Assembly: GCA_964203655.1 (NCBI GenBank) | Contig: CAXNMJ010000005.1 | Location: forward strand, 52,407 to 116,406 | DNA: 64,000 bases | Reading direction: 5' to 3' | Source: Ilumatobacteraceae bacterium | GTDB lineage: Bacteria; Actinomycetota; Acidimicrobiia; Acidimicrobiales; Ilumatobacteraceae | Part shown: one piece after another, positions 18,601 through 29,402 of the stretch | Numbering within the stretch: the stretch's first letter is position 1 | How the letters are laid out: each line of letters begins with the position of its first letter | The notes under the pieces: generated by a model | Seen by the model: the letters and a program-made list of their open reading frames with translations, nothing else | What the model was told of the DNA's origin: nothing | The model's database searches: none | Position numbers and translations under genes: made by a program

Positions 18601-18671
18601 TCCGGGGTCGTTCAATGGCAGGACAACGGGTTTTGGTCCCGTATATAGGGGTTCGAGTCCTCTCCCCGGAA
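18601..18671 (+). tRNA. tRNA-Gln (anticodon UUG)
   Basis: Hand-folded cloverleaf. Acceptor TCCGGGG/CCCCGGA (U1-A72), D stem GTTC/GGAC, anticodon stem ACGGG/CCCGT with loop TTTTGGT (anticodon TTG). T stem AGGGG/CCTCT with loop TTCGAGT. 71 nt, CCA not encoded. Confidence 0.85.
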
Positions 18672-18726
18672 CTTTGATCGCGCAACGCTAGAAAACACGG
18701 CCACAAAGCGCGGGCCAGCGAACACG

Positions 18727-19854
18727 GTGCACTTTTGGATCGTGTATAAATTAATCGTGTCGGTTTACGCGATTGTCCTTGCCGCTGGCGAGGGAACCCG
18801 AATGCAATCGAATCGACCCAAACCTTTGCACATGATGTGCGGTCGCCCGATGGTTATTCACGTGATTCACGCGTTGAAAGATTTGCAAGTGAACAAAACC
18901 GTGATCGTTGTTGGTCACGCCGCAAAGCAAGTAACCGAAGTTGTCGCACAGCAGTCGCCACCTTGGGCGCACACTGCTTTTGTAGAACAAAAAGTTCAGC
19001 GCGGCACGGGTGACGCAACAATCGTTGGATTGCAAGCCATCGACAGTGAAGTCGGCGCCGCGAGCGAAATGTCGGACACTTCAACCGTCATCGTGATGCC
19101 GGGCGATACCCCGCTGCTTAAAGCCTCGACAATTTTGGCTCTCGTCAACGAACACCAGAACTCAAAGAACTCGGCCACGGTACTGACGGCGTTCGTCGAA
19201 GAACCAACTGGATACGGCCGAATCGTGCGCGCTAAAGACGACCGCATTTTGAAAATTGTCGAAGAGCGCGATGCCTCACCAGAGATTCGTTCGATCAGCG
19301 AAATCAACACAGGTATCTATGCGTTTCGCCGCGACCTTCTCGGCCCCGCACTACGTCGCATCTCGAACAAGAACTCACAGTCCGAGTACTACCTAACTGA
19401 TGCACTTGAAGTGTTGGCCGGCATGGGTCACCAAGTTGGTTCGCACACCGCCCCATCTAACGAAGTCAGTGGCGTAAACGACCGTTGGCAACTCGCTTTG
19501 GCTGAACGCGAACTGCGCAGCCGCACGAATCAGGCATGGTTGATGTCGGGCGTGACGATGTTCGACCCGCGCCAAACATTTATTGACGTCACCGTCACGA
19601 TCGGCAAAGACGTAACCCTTTTGCCGGGCACAATTTTGCAGGGTGATACGAAAATTGGCGACAACTGCGAAATCGGACCAAATACCCGACTCATTCACAC
19701 GACCGTCGGCGCTGGTTCTCGCGTTGAAAACACGGTCGCCCAAGAATCAATTATTGGTAAAAAAGCCAAGGTTGGTCCGTTTGCCAATTTGACCCCAGGC
19801 ACCAAAGTCGCTGACGGGGCAATCACCGGTTCGTTCTATGATGGCTCTAGATGA
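18727..19854 (+). CDS. glmU: GlmU-like N-acetylglucosamine-1-phosphate uridyltransferase, with a truncated C-terminal left-handed beta-helix (acetyltransferase) domain
   Basis: LAAGEGTRM..KPLH, GTGDA and YYLTD uridyltransferase motifs. The LbH repeats end at ..GPFANLTPGTKVADGAITGSFYDGSR*, about 100 aa earlier than E. coli GlmU. The stop overlaps the prs start (ATGA). The start (GTG 18727, 18742 or 18757) is uncertain. Confidence 0.8.
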   Translation: MHFWIVYKLIVSVYAIVLAAGEGTRMQSNRPKPLHMMCGRPMVIHVIHALKDLQVNKTVIVVGHAAKQVTEVVAQQSPPWAHTAFVEQKVQRGTGDATIVGLQAIDSEVGAASEMSDTSTVIVMPGDTPLLKASTILALVNEHQNSKNSATVLTAFVEEPTGYGRIVRAKDDRILKIVEERDASPEIRSISEINTGIYAFRRDLLGPALRRISNKNSQSEYYLTDALEVLAGMGHQVGSHTAPSNEVSGVNDRWQLALAERELRSRTNQAWLMSGVTMFDPRQTFIDVTVTIGKDVTLLPGTILQGDTKIGDNCEIGPNTRLIHTTVGAGSRVENTVAQESIIGKKAKVGPFANLTPGTKVADGAITGSFYDGSR

Positions 19855-20855
19855 ATAAGACGATTGACAAAGTCACTACGAAACGAATGGCCCTCTATTC
19901 AGGCCGAACACATCCAGCACTCGCCGAAGAAGTCGCACAACACTTAAACGTTCAACTCGGTGACGCGAACATTGTTGAATTCGCAAACGGAGAACTGCGA
20001 CCAAGATTTGGTGAAAGCATTCGCGGTGGCGACGTGTTCATTATGCAAACACATTGCAGTCACGACGGTCGCAGCATCAACGACTCGATCATGGAGCAAC
20101 TAATCATGATCGACACTGCGTATCGCGCATCAGCAAAACGCGTGACGGCAGTTTGTCCGTTTTATGGATACGCACGACAAGACCGCAAAGCCGAAGGACG
20201 AGAACCAATTACCGCCCGCCTAATTGCCGACATGTTCAAAGCAGCAGGTTCAAAGCGAATGGTTTCAATCGATCTTCACAGCGGACAAATTCAGGGTTTC
20301 TTCGAAGGTCCAGTCGATCACCTAACTGCAATTCCGGTTCTTGAGCGTTATGTTCGCGACAACGCACGCGAAGGCGTTGTTATCGTTTCGCCAGATGCAG
20401 GCCGAGTGAAAGTCGCCGAGCGTTTCGCTCAGCATTTGGCCGACATGAGCGCGGACGTTGCATTCATCAACAAGCGTCGTCCGAAGAACACGACAAATGT
20501 CGCCGAAGCCAAAGAAGTAATCGGTGAAGTCGAAGATCGACTTTGCATTCTTGCCGACGACATGATCGACACCGGTGGCACGATTTGTAGCGCCGCCGAA
20601 CTTCTCTATGCGCGTGGCGCGAAAGAAGTTTGGGCGATGGCGACTCACGGCGTGCTTTCAGGGCCGGCAGTAGAGCGTCTCAACAAGTCGCGAATTTCGC
20701 GCGTCGTCTTGACCAACACATTGCCCTTGGCTCCCGAGAAGCGCATCGCCAAGTTTGAGATTCTGTCGGTTGCCAAGATCTTGGCTGACGCCCTCTCTGC
20801 AGTCTTTGAAGACACCAGCGTGAGCGATCTGTTCGGCGGCGAAAACCAGTCATAG
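19851..20855 (+). CDS. prs: Ribose-phosphate pyrophosphokinase
   Basis: 334 aa. ..ANGELRPRFGESIRGGDVFIMQ.., ..YGYARQDRK.., DLHSGQIQGFF and the PRPP loop DDMIDTGGT. Confidence 0.9.
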   Translation: MNKTIDKVTTKRMALYSGRTHPALAEEVAQHLNVQLGDANIVEFANGELRPRFGESIRGGDVFIMQTHCSHDGRSINDSIMEQLIMIDTAYRASAKRVTAVCPFYGYARQDRKAEGREPITARLIADMFKAAGSKRMVSIDLHSGQIQGFFEGPVDHLTAIPVLERYVRDNAREGVVIVSPDAGRVKVAERFAQHLADMSADVAFINKRRPKNTTNVAEAKEVIGEVEDRLCILADDMIDTGGTICSAAELLYARGAKEVWAMATHGVLSGPAVERLNKSRISRVVLTNTLPLAPEKRIAKFEILSVAKILADALSAVFEDTSVSDLFGGENQS

Positions 20856-20866
20856 CCCTGTGGCAA

Positions 20867-20886
20867 CTATGGGCTTTCGCCCATAG
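20867..20886 (+). terminator. Hairpin downstream of prs (possible terminator)
   Basis: Perfect 8-bp stem CTATGGGC / GCCCATAG with a TTTC loop, 12 nt after the prs stop. There is no clear U-tract, so confidence is low. Confidence 0.35.
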
Positions 20887-20936
20887 AATACAAAGCCGTC
20901 AATTAGTTGACGTCAAATTCAATTCTCGGAGTCCTC

Positions 20937-21527
20937 ATGCCTACATCACTCAAAACAAAAGTTGGTCGCACAATCGGCAGCGCAGAGTCGCGTCGCTTGG
21001 TTTTGGCCGATCAGATTCCTGCTGTTGTCTATGGACACGGAATGACTCCTGTAAAAATCACTGTCGACCGTCGCGACTTGCGCATCGCCTTGGCTGGCCC
21101 GGCTGGCGCCAACACAATTCTTGAACTTCAAGTTGGCGACGACAAGTACCCTGCCATCGTCAAAGAAATGCAACGCGACCCAGTTAAGCGCGTCGTACGA
21201 CACGTCGACTTCATGCAAATTTCGCTCACCGAATTGATCACGATGGACATTCCAGTTCACCTCAAGGGCACAGCGAAAGCAGTTTTGGCCGATGGTGGTT
21301 TGGTTGACGCAACTGTGAACACAATTCAAGTTCGTGCAACTGCAACAAACATTCCGAACGAAATCTTGATTGACGTCACAAACATGGGCATGCAAGACGT
21401 GATTCGTCTTTCAGAAATTCAATTGCCGACTGGCGTCACTGCGGTTGGCGATCCAGACTTGGTAGTCGTAACCGTGCTCACAACCAAGATCGAAGAAGTC
21501 GCACCTGTTGCTGGCTGCTGCGGTTGA
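20937..21527 (+). CDS. rplY: 50S ribosomal protein L25/Ctc general stress form; the C-terminal tail appears frameshifted (tail continues in the +1 frame to 21612)
   Basis: ATG 20937 follows GGAG. ..AESRRLVLADQIPAVVYGHG..PVKITVDRRDL..QRDPVKRVVRHVDF.. is the L25/Ctc fold. The frame ends ..PVAGCCG*. The +1 frame reads AAAVEGEAGAAPAAGATPEAGAASAGDAKPSA*, a typical Ala/Glu-rich Ctc tail. Confidence 0.85.
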   Translation: MPTSLKTKVGRTIGSAESRRLVLADQIPAVVYGHGMTPVKITVDRRDLRIALAGPAGANTILELQVGDDKYPAIVKEMQRDPVKRVVRHVDFMQISLTELITMDIPVHLKGTAKAVLADGGLVDATVNTIQVRATATNIPNEILIDVTNMGMQDVIRLSEIQLPTGVTAVGDPDLVVVTVLTTKIEEVAPVAGCCG

Positions 21528-21618
21528 AGGTGAAGCCGGTGCTGCTCCTGCGGCTGGCGCAACGCCAGAAGCCGGTGCTGCTTCTGCGGGCGACGCCAAA
21601 CCATCGGCGTAAATCTAA

Positions 21619-22257
21619 ATGGGACTGTTCGGTCGCACGAAGCGACCTGGGCGTCCTGAGCGTCGCGGCGCTGAATTCAACTTTTTAATAGTTGGACTAG
21701 GTAATCCCGGCTCAAAATATTCGCGCACACGACATAACGTCGGCTTTGAGACGATTGAGCTGCTCGCCAGTCGTCTAAATGCAACTTTGAAAGCAAGTCG
21801 TGATCGCGCACTGACTGCCGAAGTCAACTCGGGTGTTGGCACAAACTCAAAACACTTGTTGCTTGCGATGCCTACAACTTTCATGAACGAATCTGGCAAT
21901 GCAGTCGGGCCACTCGCCCGCCGCTACGAGGTTGTTGACCCGTTGAAGATAATTATTGTGCACGACGAACTCGATCTAGAACCTGGCGTTGTAAAAATAA
22001 AGTCAGGTGGTGGCCTAGCCGGGCACAACGGTTTGCAATCCATCACTCAACACTTAAAAACACAAGACTTTTTGCGCGTGCGAATCGGTGTCGGCAAGCC
22101 GCCATCAAAAGAGCAAGGCGGCGATCATGTTTTGTCGAAGATTCCGACGCGTGAACGCGAATTGCTCGACATTTCTGTGCAGGTTGCCGCTGATGCAGTG
22201 CAACTAATTGTTGCCGAAGGTCTTGATGCTGCGATGCGCAACATCAATGCCCGTTAA
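21619..22257 (+). CDS. pth: Peptidyl-tRNA hydrolase
   Basis: 212 aa. LIVGLGNPGSKYSRTRHNVGF and ..HDELDL..G.VKIK.GGG.AGHNGL.. motifs. Confidence 0.9.
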   Translation: MGLFGRTKRPGRPERRGAEFNFLIVGLGNPGSKYSRTRHNVGFETIELLASRLNATLKASRDRALTAEVNSGVGTNSKHLLLAMPTTFMNESGNAVGPLARRYEVVDPLKIIIVHDELDLEPGVVKIKSGGGLAGHNGLQSITQHLKTQDFLRVRIGVGKPPSKEQGGDHVLSKIPTRERELLDISVQVAADAVQLIVAEGLDAAMRNINAR

Positions 22258-22269
22258 GTCGAGCCAACT

Positions 22270-25200
22270 GTGGTCGCACTAGGTGCTCTCGCACCAACTC
22301 TGAGTTTTGAGCCGGCGCTCAGCGCAGCCCTCGGGGCTCAAAGCGCATCGATCGTGTGCGCCGACCACGCCTGGCCATTACTTTTGGCGGGCCTCGCCCA
22401 ACGCACCGAAAACGAGATCATTGTTGTCGCCACACCAACCGGGTTGATGGCCGGTCAACTACGCGACGACTTGGTCGCATTCATGAATGAACACGATGTG
22501 GTGCTGTTTCCAGCATGGGAGACCTTGCCATTTGAAAGAGTCAGCCCGAATTGCGAGACGATGGGTCGACGACTCGAGATTTTATGGCGCGTTAAACACG
22601 ACAAACCAAAAATCATTGTCACTGGTGTGCGAGGACTGTTGCAACACCTAAGCAACACAGTTGTTGAACCCATTGAAGTGAAGCCCAAGTCGCAACTCGA
22701 CATGGATGAACTAATCACAACGTTGGCACAATTTGGTTACCGACGCGAAGAAGTCGTTGAACACCGTGGCGAATTCGCCCGTCGAGGTTCAATCATCGAC
22801 GTGTTTCCGAGCACCGCTGATACACCAATTCGAATTGATCTTTGGGGTGACGAAGTCGATCGCCTAACGACATTCAACGTCAACGATCAGCGCAGCACCG
22901 ACGATCTTTCGTTTGCTCGCATTTTTCCGGCGCGCGAATTGATCATCGACGAGAAAGTTGCCAAGCGAGCGCAGTCGTTGATCGCCAAAGAACCATGGGG
23001 TCAAGAAAACTGGGATCGCATCGCCCAAAAAATTTCGTTTGACGGAGTCGAATCTTGGTTGCCGTGGGTCGCCACTGACGACAAAGTTCTGACAGATGTT
23101 TGCAGCCAGAATGCCGCGATGCACATGGTGCTGATCGAGCCTCGTCGCATGCGTGACCGCGCTCGCGATCTGATCGCCGAAGAAGACGACCTCGCACGGG
23201 CGTTGGCATCAACTTGGTCGCGTGACCCCGACCAAAAATACCCACGACTGCATTCGGAGATCGAAGCATTTCTAAAAAATTCGAAAGCCGAATCGATCAT
23301 TTCGTTGAGCCCCGTTGCAGACTCACCCCAAGCAGCAAGCATCGTCTCATCAACATGGGGTCAAGCCACTGGCGACACCGAAGCACTCGCGAGTCGCATC
23401 ATGCGTCTGGTCACGAAAAAATATCGAGTGGTCATCGCCGCCGACACGCCAAGTTCGGCGCAACGCTTTCACGAAGTATTGACCCTTGAAGGCATCACTG
23501 TTCGATCGCCCGACACCGACTCGAGTTCTGTTTCAACTCCTGGTGTTTCGATAATTGTTGCTCCGCTTCATAGCGGTTGCATCATCAACGAACACGACCT
23601 TGCACTGATCACCGAAAGCGACCTGACAGGCCGACGTCGAACTCATCGTCACGTCAAACCACCCAAGCGCAGTTCATCCAGCATTTTTGAAGATTTAAAA
23701 CCGGGCGACCATGTTGTTCACCATGTGCACGGTGTCGGAAAATATCTCGGCATGGCCAAACAGTCGATGGGTGGCGTCGAGCGCGACTACTTGCATTTGC
23801 AATACAACAACGGCAATCTCTATGTGCCGACAGATCACATTGACGCGATTCGTCAATACATCGGCGGCGAAACACCAACTCTTAATCGAATGGGTGGCTC
23901 AGATTTTGCTCGCGCAAAGTCGCGTGTGCGCAGCGCCGTTCGCGAAATCGCCCAAGAACTTGTCGTGCTTTACCAAAAACGAGTCAACGCAGCGGGCCAC
24001 GCGTTCTCGGCCGACACGACGTGGCAAGACGAAATGGAAGCGGCGTTTCCGTTTGTTGAAACACCCGATCAACGCACGGCAATTGTCGAAACCAAGGCCG
24101 ACATGGAGCGCGAAGTTCCGATGGATCGTCTTGTCTGCGGTGATGTCGGTTTCGGCAAGACAGAGGTCGCGGTTCGTGCGGCATTTAAATGCATTCAAGA
24201 TGGCAAACAAGTTGCGGTTCTTGTGCCGACAACTTTGCTCGCATCGCAGCATGGCACGACATTTGCCAACCGATTTGCCGGCTATCCGATTCAAGTTGAA
24301 GTTCTGTCGCGCTTCTTGACCGCTACGCGTGCAAAGCAAGTGATAAAAAAACTTGAGACTGGCGAAATTGACTGCGTGATTGGCACTCATCGTCTTTTGC
24401 AAGAGGGTGTCAAATTCAAAGACTTGGGCTTGCTGGTTGTCGATGAAGAACAACGTTTCGGAGTGCAACACAAAGAGCAAATGAAACAGCTCAAAACAAA
24501 TGTTGACGTTTTGACGCTGACCGCGACGCCGATTCCACGCACGCTTGAGATGAGTTTGGTCGGCATTCGCGACTTGTCGCTGCTGCACACGCCCCCTGCC
24601 GATCGCCAACCGATTCTCACATTTGTAGGCGAAGAAGATGACCGCGTGGCGACAGAGGCAATTCGTCGCGAACTCTTGCGTGACGGCCAGGTTTTTTGGG
24701 TACACAATCGGGTCAAGACGATCGAAGATCGAGCACGTTCATTGCGCGAACTAGTACCAGAAGCACGCATCGTCGTAGCCCACGGTCAAATGGACGAGGC
24801 GACTCTCGAACGTGCAGTGCAAGATTTCTGGGAAGGCAAGTTTGACGTGCTCGTCTGCACAACAATCATTGAAAGCGGCATCGACATGCCGACAGTAAAC
24901 ACACTCGTTGTTGAGCGAGCCGATCTGCTTGGTCTTGGTCAATTGCATCAACTTCGTGGAAGAGTTGGTCGCAGCGGTCAACGTGCTTATGCATATCTAT
25001 TTCATCCGCGTGATCGCGCACTCTCTGAGGATGCTTACGAAAGATTGCGCACGATCGGTGAGGCAACAGAACTCGGCAGTGGATTCAAAATCGCAATGCG
25101 CGATCTTGAAATTCGCGGTGCAGGCAACTTGCTCGGCGAAGCACAAAGCGGCCACATTGCGGCTGTGGGCTACGACTTGTATTGCCAACTCGTGACCGAG

Positions 25201-25677
25201 GCAGTCGCCGAGATGAAGGGCGAAGCACCACAAATTGTTGTCGAACTGAAAATTGATGTGCCGATCACGGCATTCTTGCCCAATGATTATGTTGCAAAAG
25301 AAGAACTTCGACTTGATGCATACCGCCGTCTCGTTGCTGTAAAAACGCATGCAGACGTGCTCGATATCCAAACCGAATGGCAAGATCGTTATGGCGAACT
25401 TCCTGAACAAGCAAAAGCACTGCTTGTTGTCGGTTCGTTGCGAGCAGAATGTCATCGCCTTGGGCTGCGCGAAATTGTTGTCGCCGATAATCGCGCACGT
25501 CTTGCCCCAATCACGCTGAAAGCCAGCGAAGCCATGCGCCTTGTGCGATTGTCGCCGAGTGCGACCTACCGCGAACAAACAAACGAACTGAACATCGCAA
25601 TTCCACGCGGAGATGACGCGGCAACTTATTTGGTCGGCTTTATGCAAGAACTTGTCGAAACTGCGGCACTAGTGTGA
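22270..25677 (+). CDS. mfd: Transcription-repair coupling factor Mfd
   Basis: 1135 aa with a GTG start. CarD-like HVVHHVHGVGKY, helicase motifs GDVGFGKTEVA, DEEQRFGV and TATPIPRT, and a TRG-region QLHQLRGRVGRS. Confidence 0.95.
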   Translation: MVALGALAPTLSFEPALSAALGAQSASIVCADHAWPLLLAGLAQRTENEIIVVATPTGLMAGQLRDDLVAFMNEHDVVLFPAWETLPFERVSPNCETMGRRLEILWRVKHDKPKIIVTGVRGLLQHLSNTVVEPIEVKPKSQLDMDELITTLAQFGYRREEVVEHRGEFARRGSIIDVFPSTADTPIRIDLWGDEVDRLTTFNVNDQRSTDDLSFARIFPARELIIDEKVAKRAQSLIAKEPWGQENWDRIAQKISFDGVESWLPWVATDDKVLTDVCSQNAAMHMVLIEPRRMRDRARDLIAEEDDLARALASTWSRDPDQKYPRLHSEIEAFLKNSKAESIISLSPVADSPQAASIVSSTWGQATGDTEALASRIMRLVTKKYRVVIAADTPSSAQRFHEVLTLEGITVRSPDTDSSSVSTPGVSIIVAPLHSGCIINEHDLALITESDLTGRRRTHRHVKPPKRSSSSIFEDLKPGDHVVHHVHGVGKYLGMAKQSMGGVERDYLHLQYNNGNLYVPTDHIDAIRQYIGGETPTLNRMGGSDFARAKSRVRSAVREIAQELVVLYQKRVNAAGHAFSADTTWQDEMEAAFPFVETPDQRTAIVETKADMEREVPMDRLVCGDVGFGKTEVAVRAAFKCIQDGKQVAVLVPTTLLASQHGTTFANRFAGYPIQVEVLSRFLTATRAKQVIKKLETGEIDCVIGTHRLLQEGVKFKDLGLLVVDEEQRFGVQHKEQMKQLKTNVDVLTLTATPIPRTLEMSLVGIRDLSLLHTPPADRQPILTFVGEEDDRVATEAIRRELLRDGQVFWVHNRVKTIEDRARSLRELVPEARIVVAHGQMDEATLERAVQDFWEGKFDVLVCTTIIESGIDMPTVNTLVVERADLLGLGQLHQLRGRVGRSGQRAYAYLFHPRDRALSEDAYERLRTIGEATELGSGFKIAMRDLEIRGAGNLLGEAQSGHIAAVGYDLYCQLVTEAVAEMKGEAPQIVVELKIDVPITAFLPNDYVAKEELRLDAYRRLVAVKTHADVLDIQTEWQDRYGELPEQAKALLVVGSLRAECHRLGLREIVVADNRARLAPITLKASEAMRLVRLSPSATYREQTNELNIAIPRGDDAATYLVGFMQELVETAALV

Positions 25678-26591
25678 GTGCGGTGAAAAACAAAAACTTC
25701 TTAGCAACCAAGTCGGTAGCCCTTGCATCTTTGGCGATTTTTGTCGCATCCTGCGGAGCGACTTCAAATGCAGCAGCCGAAATCAACGGTAGAAAAATTT
25801 CTCGCACTGAACTTGAGCAGACCGTGACCGAGCTTGGCGAGGCTGGTCAAACGCCGGTTGTTGATGGTGAAATCGACGGCGAAACGGTTCGAGGCATTCT
25901 TTCGGCACTCGTTCAAGGTGCAGCAACCGACCAAGTGCTAAAGATTTATGGCGAAGAAATCACAGCCGCTGATCGTGACGAGATCAAAGCAAAGATCGCG
26001 CAAAATACAGATACAACCGAGTTCACAGACGGCCTCAAAGATTTGATTGTTGAACTCAACGCTGGCACTCTCGCTCTTGCACGAGTCACCGCACCTGACG
26101 CGAAAAAAGCCGCTGAAATGTACGAAAAGTCACCGGCAACACTCGGCGTGATGTGTGTTCGACATCTAGTTGTAGAACAAGAAGCAAAAGCCGTTGAGGC
26201 AATTGCGAAATTCAATGCCGGAACCGACTTTGCAAAACTCGCTGGCGAATATTCAATCGAGCCAAATGCAAAAGAGTCTGGTGGCGCACTCGGTGGTGCA
26301 GACAATGCCTGCATGACCCTTGCCGAATATCAAAGTGGCTTTGATGTTGACTTCACCGCGGGCGCACTTCTCGCAAAACCGGGCGTTGCCTTTGGCCCAG
26401 TCAAATCAAGTTTTGGTTATCACGTCATTTATGCTCGACCATTTGTCGAAGTAGCCGACGATATTTCTAAATTGATGTCAAAGAGCGCCGGACCAAATCT
26501 GTTAACTGGATACCTCGCAACCACAAAAATAAAAATTGACTCTGCCTACGGAACCTGGAGTTCGGCCCGTGGCGGTGTCATCTCGAACTGA
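25674..26591 (+). CDS. Lipoprotein peptidyl-prolyl isomerase, parvulin (PpiC/PrsA/SurA-like) type
   Basis: 305 aa. Signal peptide with lipobox FVASCG. The parvulin core is ..VRHLVVEQEAKAVEAIAKFNAGTDFAKLAGEYS...GGALGG....GPVKSSFGYHVIY. Confidence 0.7.
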   Translation: MSAVKNKNFLATKSVALASLAIFVASCGATSNAAAEINGRKISRTELEQTVTELGEAGQTPVVDGEIDGETVRGILSALVQGAATDQVLKIYGEEITAADRDEIKAKIAQNTDTTEFTDGLKDLIVELNAGTLALARVTAPDAKKAAEMYEKSPATLGVMCVRHLVVEQEAKAVEAIAKFNAGTDFAKLAGEYSIEPNAKESGGALGGADNACMTLAEYQSGFDVDFTAGALLAKPGVAFGPVKSSFGYHVIYARPFVEVADDISKLMSKSAGPNLLTGYLATTKIKIDSAYGTWSSARGGVISN

Positions 26592-26604
26592 TTTTGGTTC
26601 GCGC

Positions 26605-28062
26605 ATGACCGCGCAGATCACCGTCGTCGGCCTCGGCCCTGGTTCGCCAGACTCAATAAACGAACAAACTTTAAAAGCGATCAGCGCTGCCAATCATCGG
26701 TTCGTTCGCACGTCGCGCCACCCGAGCGCATACCTTGTAAAAGATGCAGTGAGTTTTGACGATGAATACGAGAAACACGACGCATTTGAAGATGTCTATC
26801 GCGCGATCGCCGAGCGACTCGCGATTGAGGCAAAAAAACATCAGCACATTTTGTATGCGGTACCTGGCTCGCCTCTTGTGCTTGAACAGACGGTGCAACT
26901 ACTGATGCAAGACAAGAGCGTCGAAGTATTGCTGGTTCCGGCAATGAGTTTTTTAGATGTCGCCTGGAGCGTCTTGCGAATCGACCCTGTTGATGCGAGC
27001 GTGCGATTAATTGACGGTCATCGCTTTGCTGAACTTGCTGCTGGCCAAACCGGGCCACTGCTCGTGGCTCAGTGCCATGCAAATTGGGTTCTATCAAACA
27101 TCAAGTTGGCTCATGAGTCAGCAACTGGTGACGAACCTGTTGTGATATTGCATCATCTCGGGCTTGAGGATCAGAAAGTGATCCATACGACGTGGCAAGA
27201 ACTTGATCGCGTGATCGAGCCAGATCACTTGACGACTATTTATATAGCCGAACTCGCCGAGCCAGTAGCCGGAGAGATGGCAAAGTTGCACTCACTCGCG
27301 CGCACACTTCGTGAAAAATGCCCTTGGGATGAAAAACAGACGCACGAGTCTTTAGTGCGCTACTTGATCGAGGAAACTTACGAAGTTGTAGATGCGATCA
27401 ACTCACTTAGCGTCGATGATCAAACAACTGATGAAAAGTTCATTGAAGAACTTGGTGATCTGCTTTATCAAGTTGAGTTTCATGCAACGATCGCCGAGCA
27501 GCAGGGCAGGTTCACCATCGCCGATGTGGCTCGCTCGATTCATGACAAGTTGGTGCGTCGCCACCCGCATGTTTTTGGCGACGTTCAAGCAGACTCGCCC
27601 GATGCGGTAGTGACTAACTGGGATGCAATCAAACAGCAAGAACGCGGTGCCGTGACCAGCACTTCAATTTTTGAAGGTGTTGCCAACTCTTCGCCATCGC
27701 TGATGTATTCATCAAAGTTGCAAAAGCGCGCTGCCGAACATGGTTTTGACTGGCCAGACAGCACTGGGGCTTCAGCAAAAATCACAGAAGAATTAAACGA
27801 GTTGAGTCAAGCAGTGAAGCAGAAAAGCGACCCAAGCGAAGTCGCCCTCGAACTTGGGGATGTCTTGTTCAGCGTTGTCAACTTGTCGCGCCATCTTGGT
27901 GTTGACGCCGAGACTGCCTTACGATCGGCTGCAGATAAATTTCGCAGTCGATTTGAAGGCGTAGTTGCACTTGCCGAACAGCGCAACTTGACACTCAAAG
28001 ACTGCTCTCTCGCCCAACTTGATGAACTTTGGGACACTGTCAAGAAAAATACTCGCGACTAG
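26605..28062 (+). CDS. mazG: MazG nucleoside-triphosphate pyrophosphohydrolase fused to an N-terminal tetrapyrrole-methylase-like domain (YabN-type architecture)
   Basis: Start ATG 26605 (MTAQITVVGLGPGSPD..). The N-terminal half looks like a TP-methylase fold. The C-terminal half has two MazG repeats (..EETYEVVDAI..ELGDLLYQV.., ..EELNELSQAV..ELGDVLFSVVNLSRHL..). Confidence 0.8.
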   Translation: MTAQITVVGLGPGSPDSINEQTLKAISAANHRFVRTSRHPSAYLVKDAVSFDDEYEKHDAFEDVYRAIAERLAIEAKKHQHILYAVPGSPLVLEQTVQLLMQDKSVEVLLVPAMSFLDVAWSVLRIDPVDASVRLIDGHRFAELAAGQTGPLLVAQCHANWVLSNIKLAHESATGDEPVVILHHLGLEDQKVIHTTWQELDRVIEPDHLTTIYIAELAEPVAGEMAKLHSLARTLREKCPWDEKQTHESLVRYLIEETYEVVDAINSLSVDDQTTDEKFIEELGDLLYQVEFHATIAEQQGRFTIADVARSIHDKLVRRHPHVFGDVQADSPDAVVTNWDAIKQQERGAVTSTSIFEGVANSSPSLMYSSKLQKRAAEHGFDWPDSTGASAKITEELNELSQAVKQKSDPSEVALELGDVLFSVVNLSRHLGVDAETALRSAADKFRSRFEGVVALAEQRNLTLKDCSLAQLDELWDTVKKNTRD

Positions 28063-28085
28063 TCACAGATGGCGTAAGTTATTAG

Positions 28086-29357
<1,272 letters not shown>

Positions 29358-29402
29358 ACCAAATAACGCTGTTAACACCTCAAAATACGTCAGAATAGAC
29401 GT

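Noticed and set aside
21411-21604. Minus-strand Ala/Pro-rich ORFs 21411..21599 and 21419..21604
   Set aside because: They are mirror images of the GC-rich, repetitive Ala/Glu codons of the rplY tail and have no independent support.
23899-24705. Long antisense or alternative-frame ORFs. These include 23899..24705(-), 23711..24319(+), 24997..25647(-), 12149..12781(-), 14681..15382(-), 12948..13529(-), 13534..14049(-), 55513..56307(+), 52530..53132(+) and 62568..63131(+).
   Set aside because: Each lies entirely inside, and mostly opposite to, a gene with unmistakable family motifs (mfd, ychF, metG, rsmI, moeA, fadD, tldD). Their translations are Arg/Cys/Ser/His-rich with no recognisable domains, as expected for shadow ORFs.
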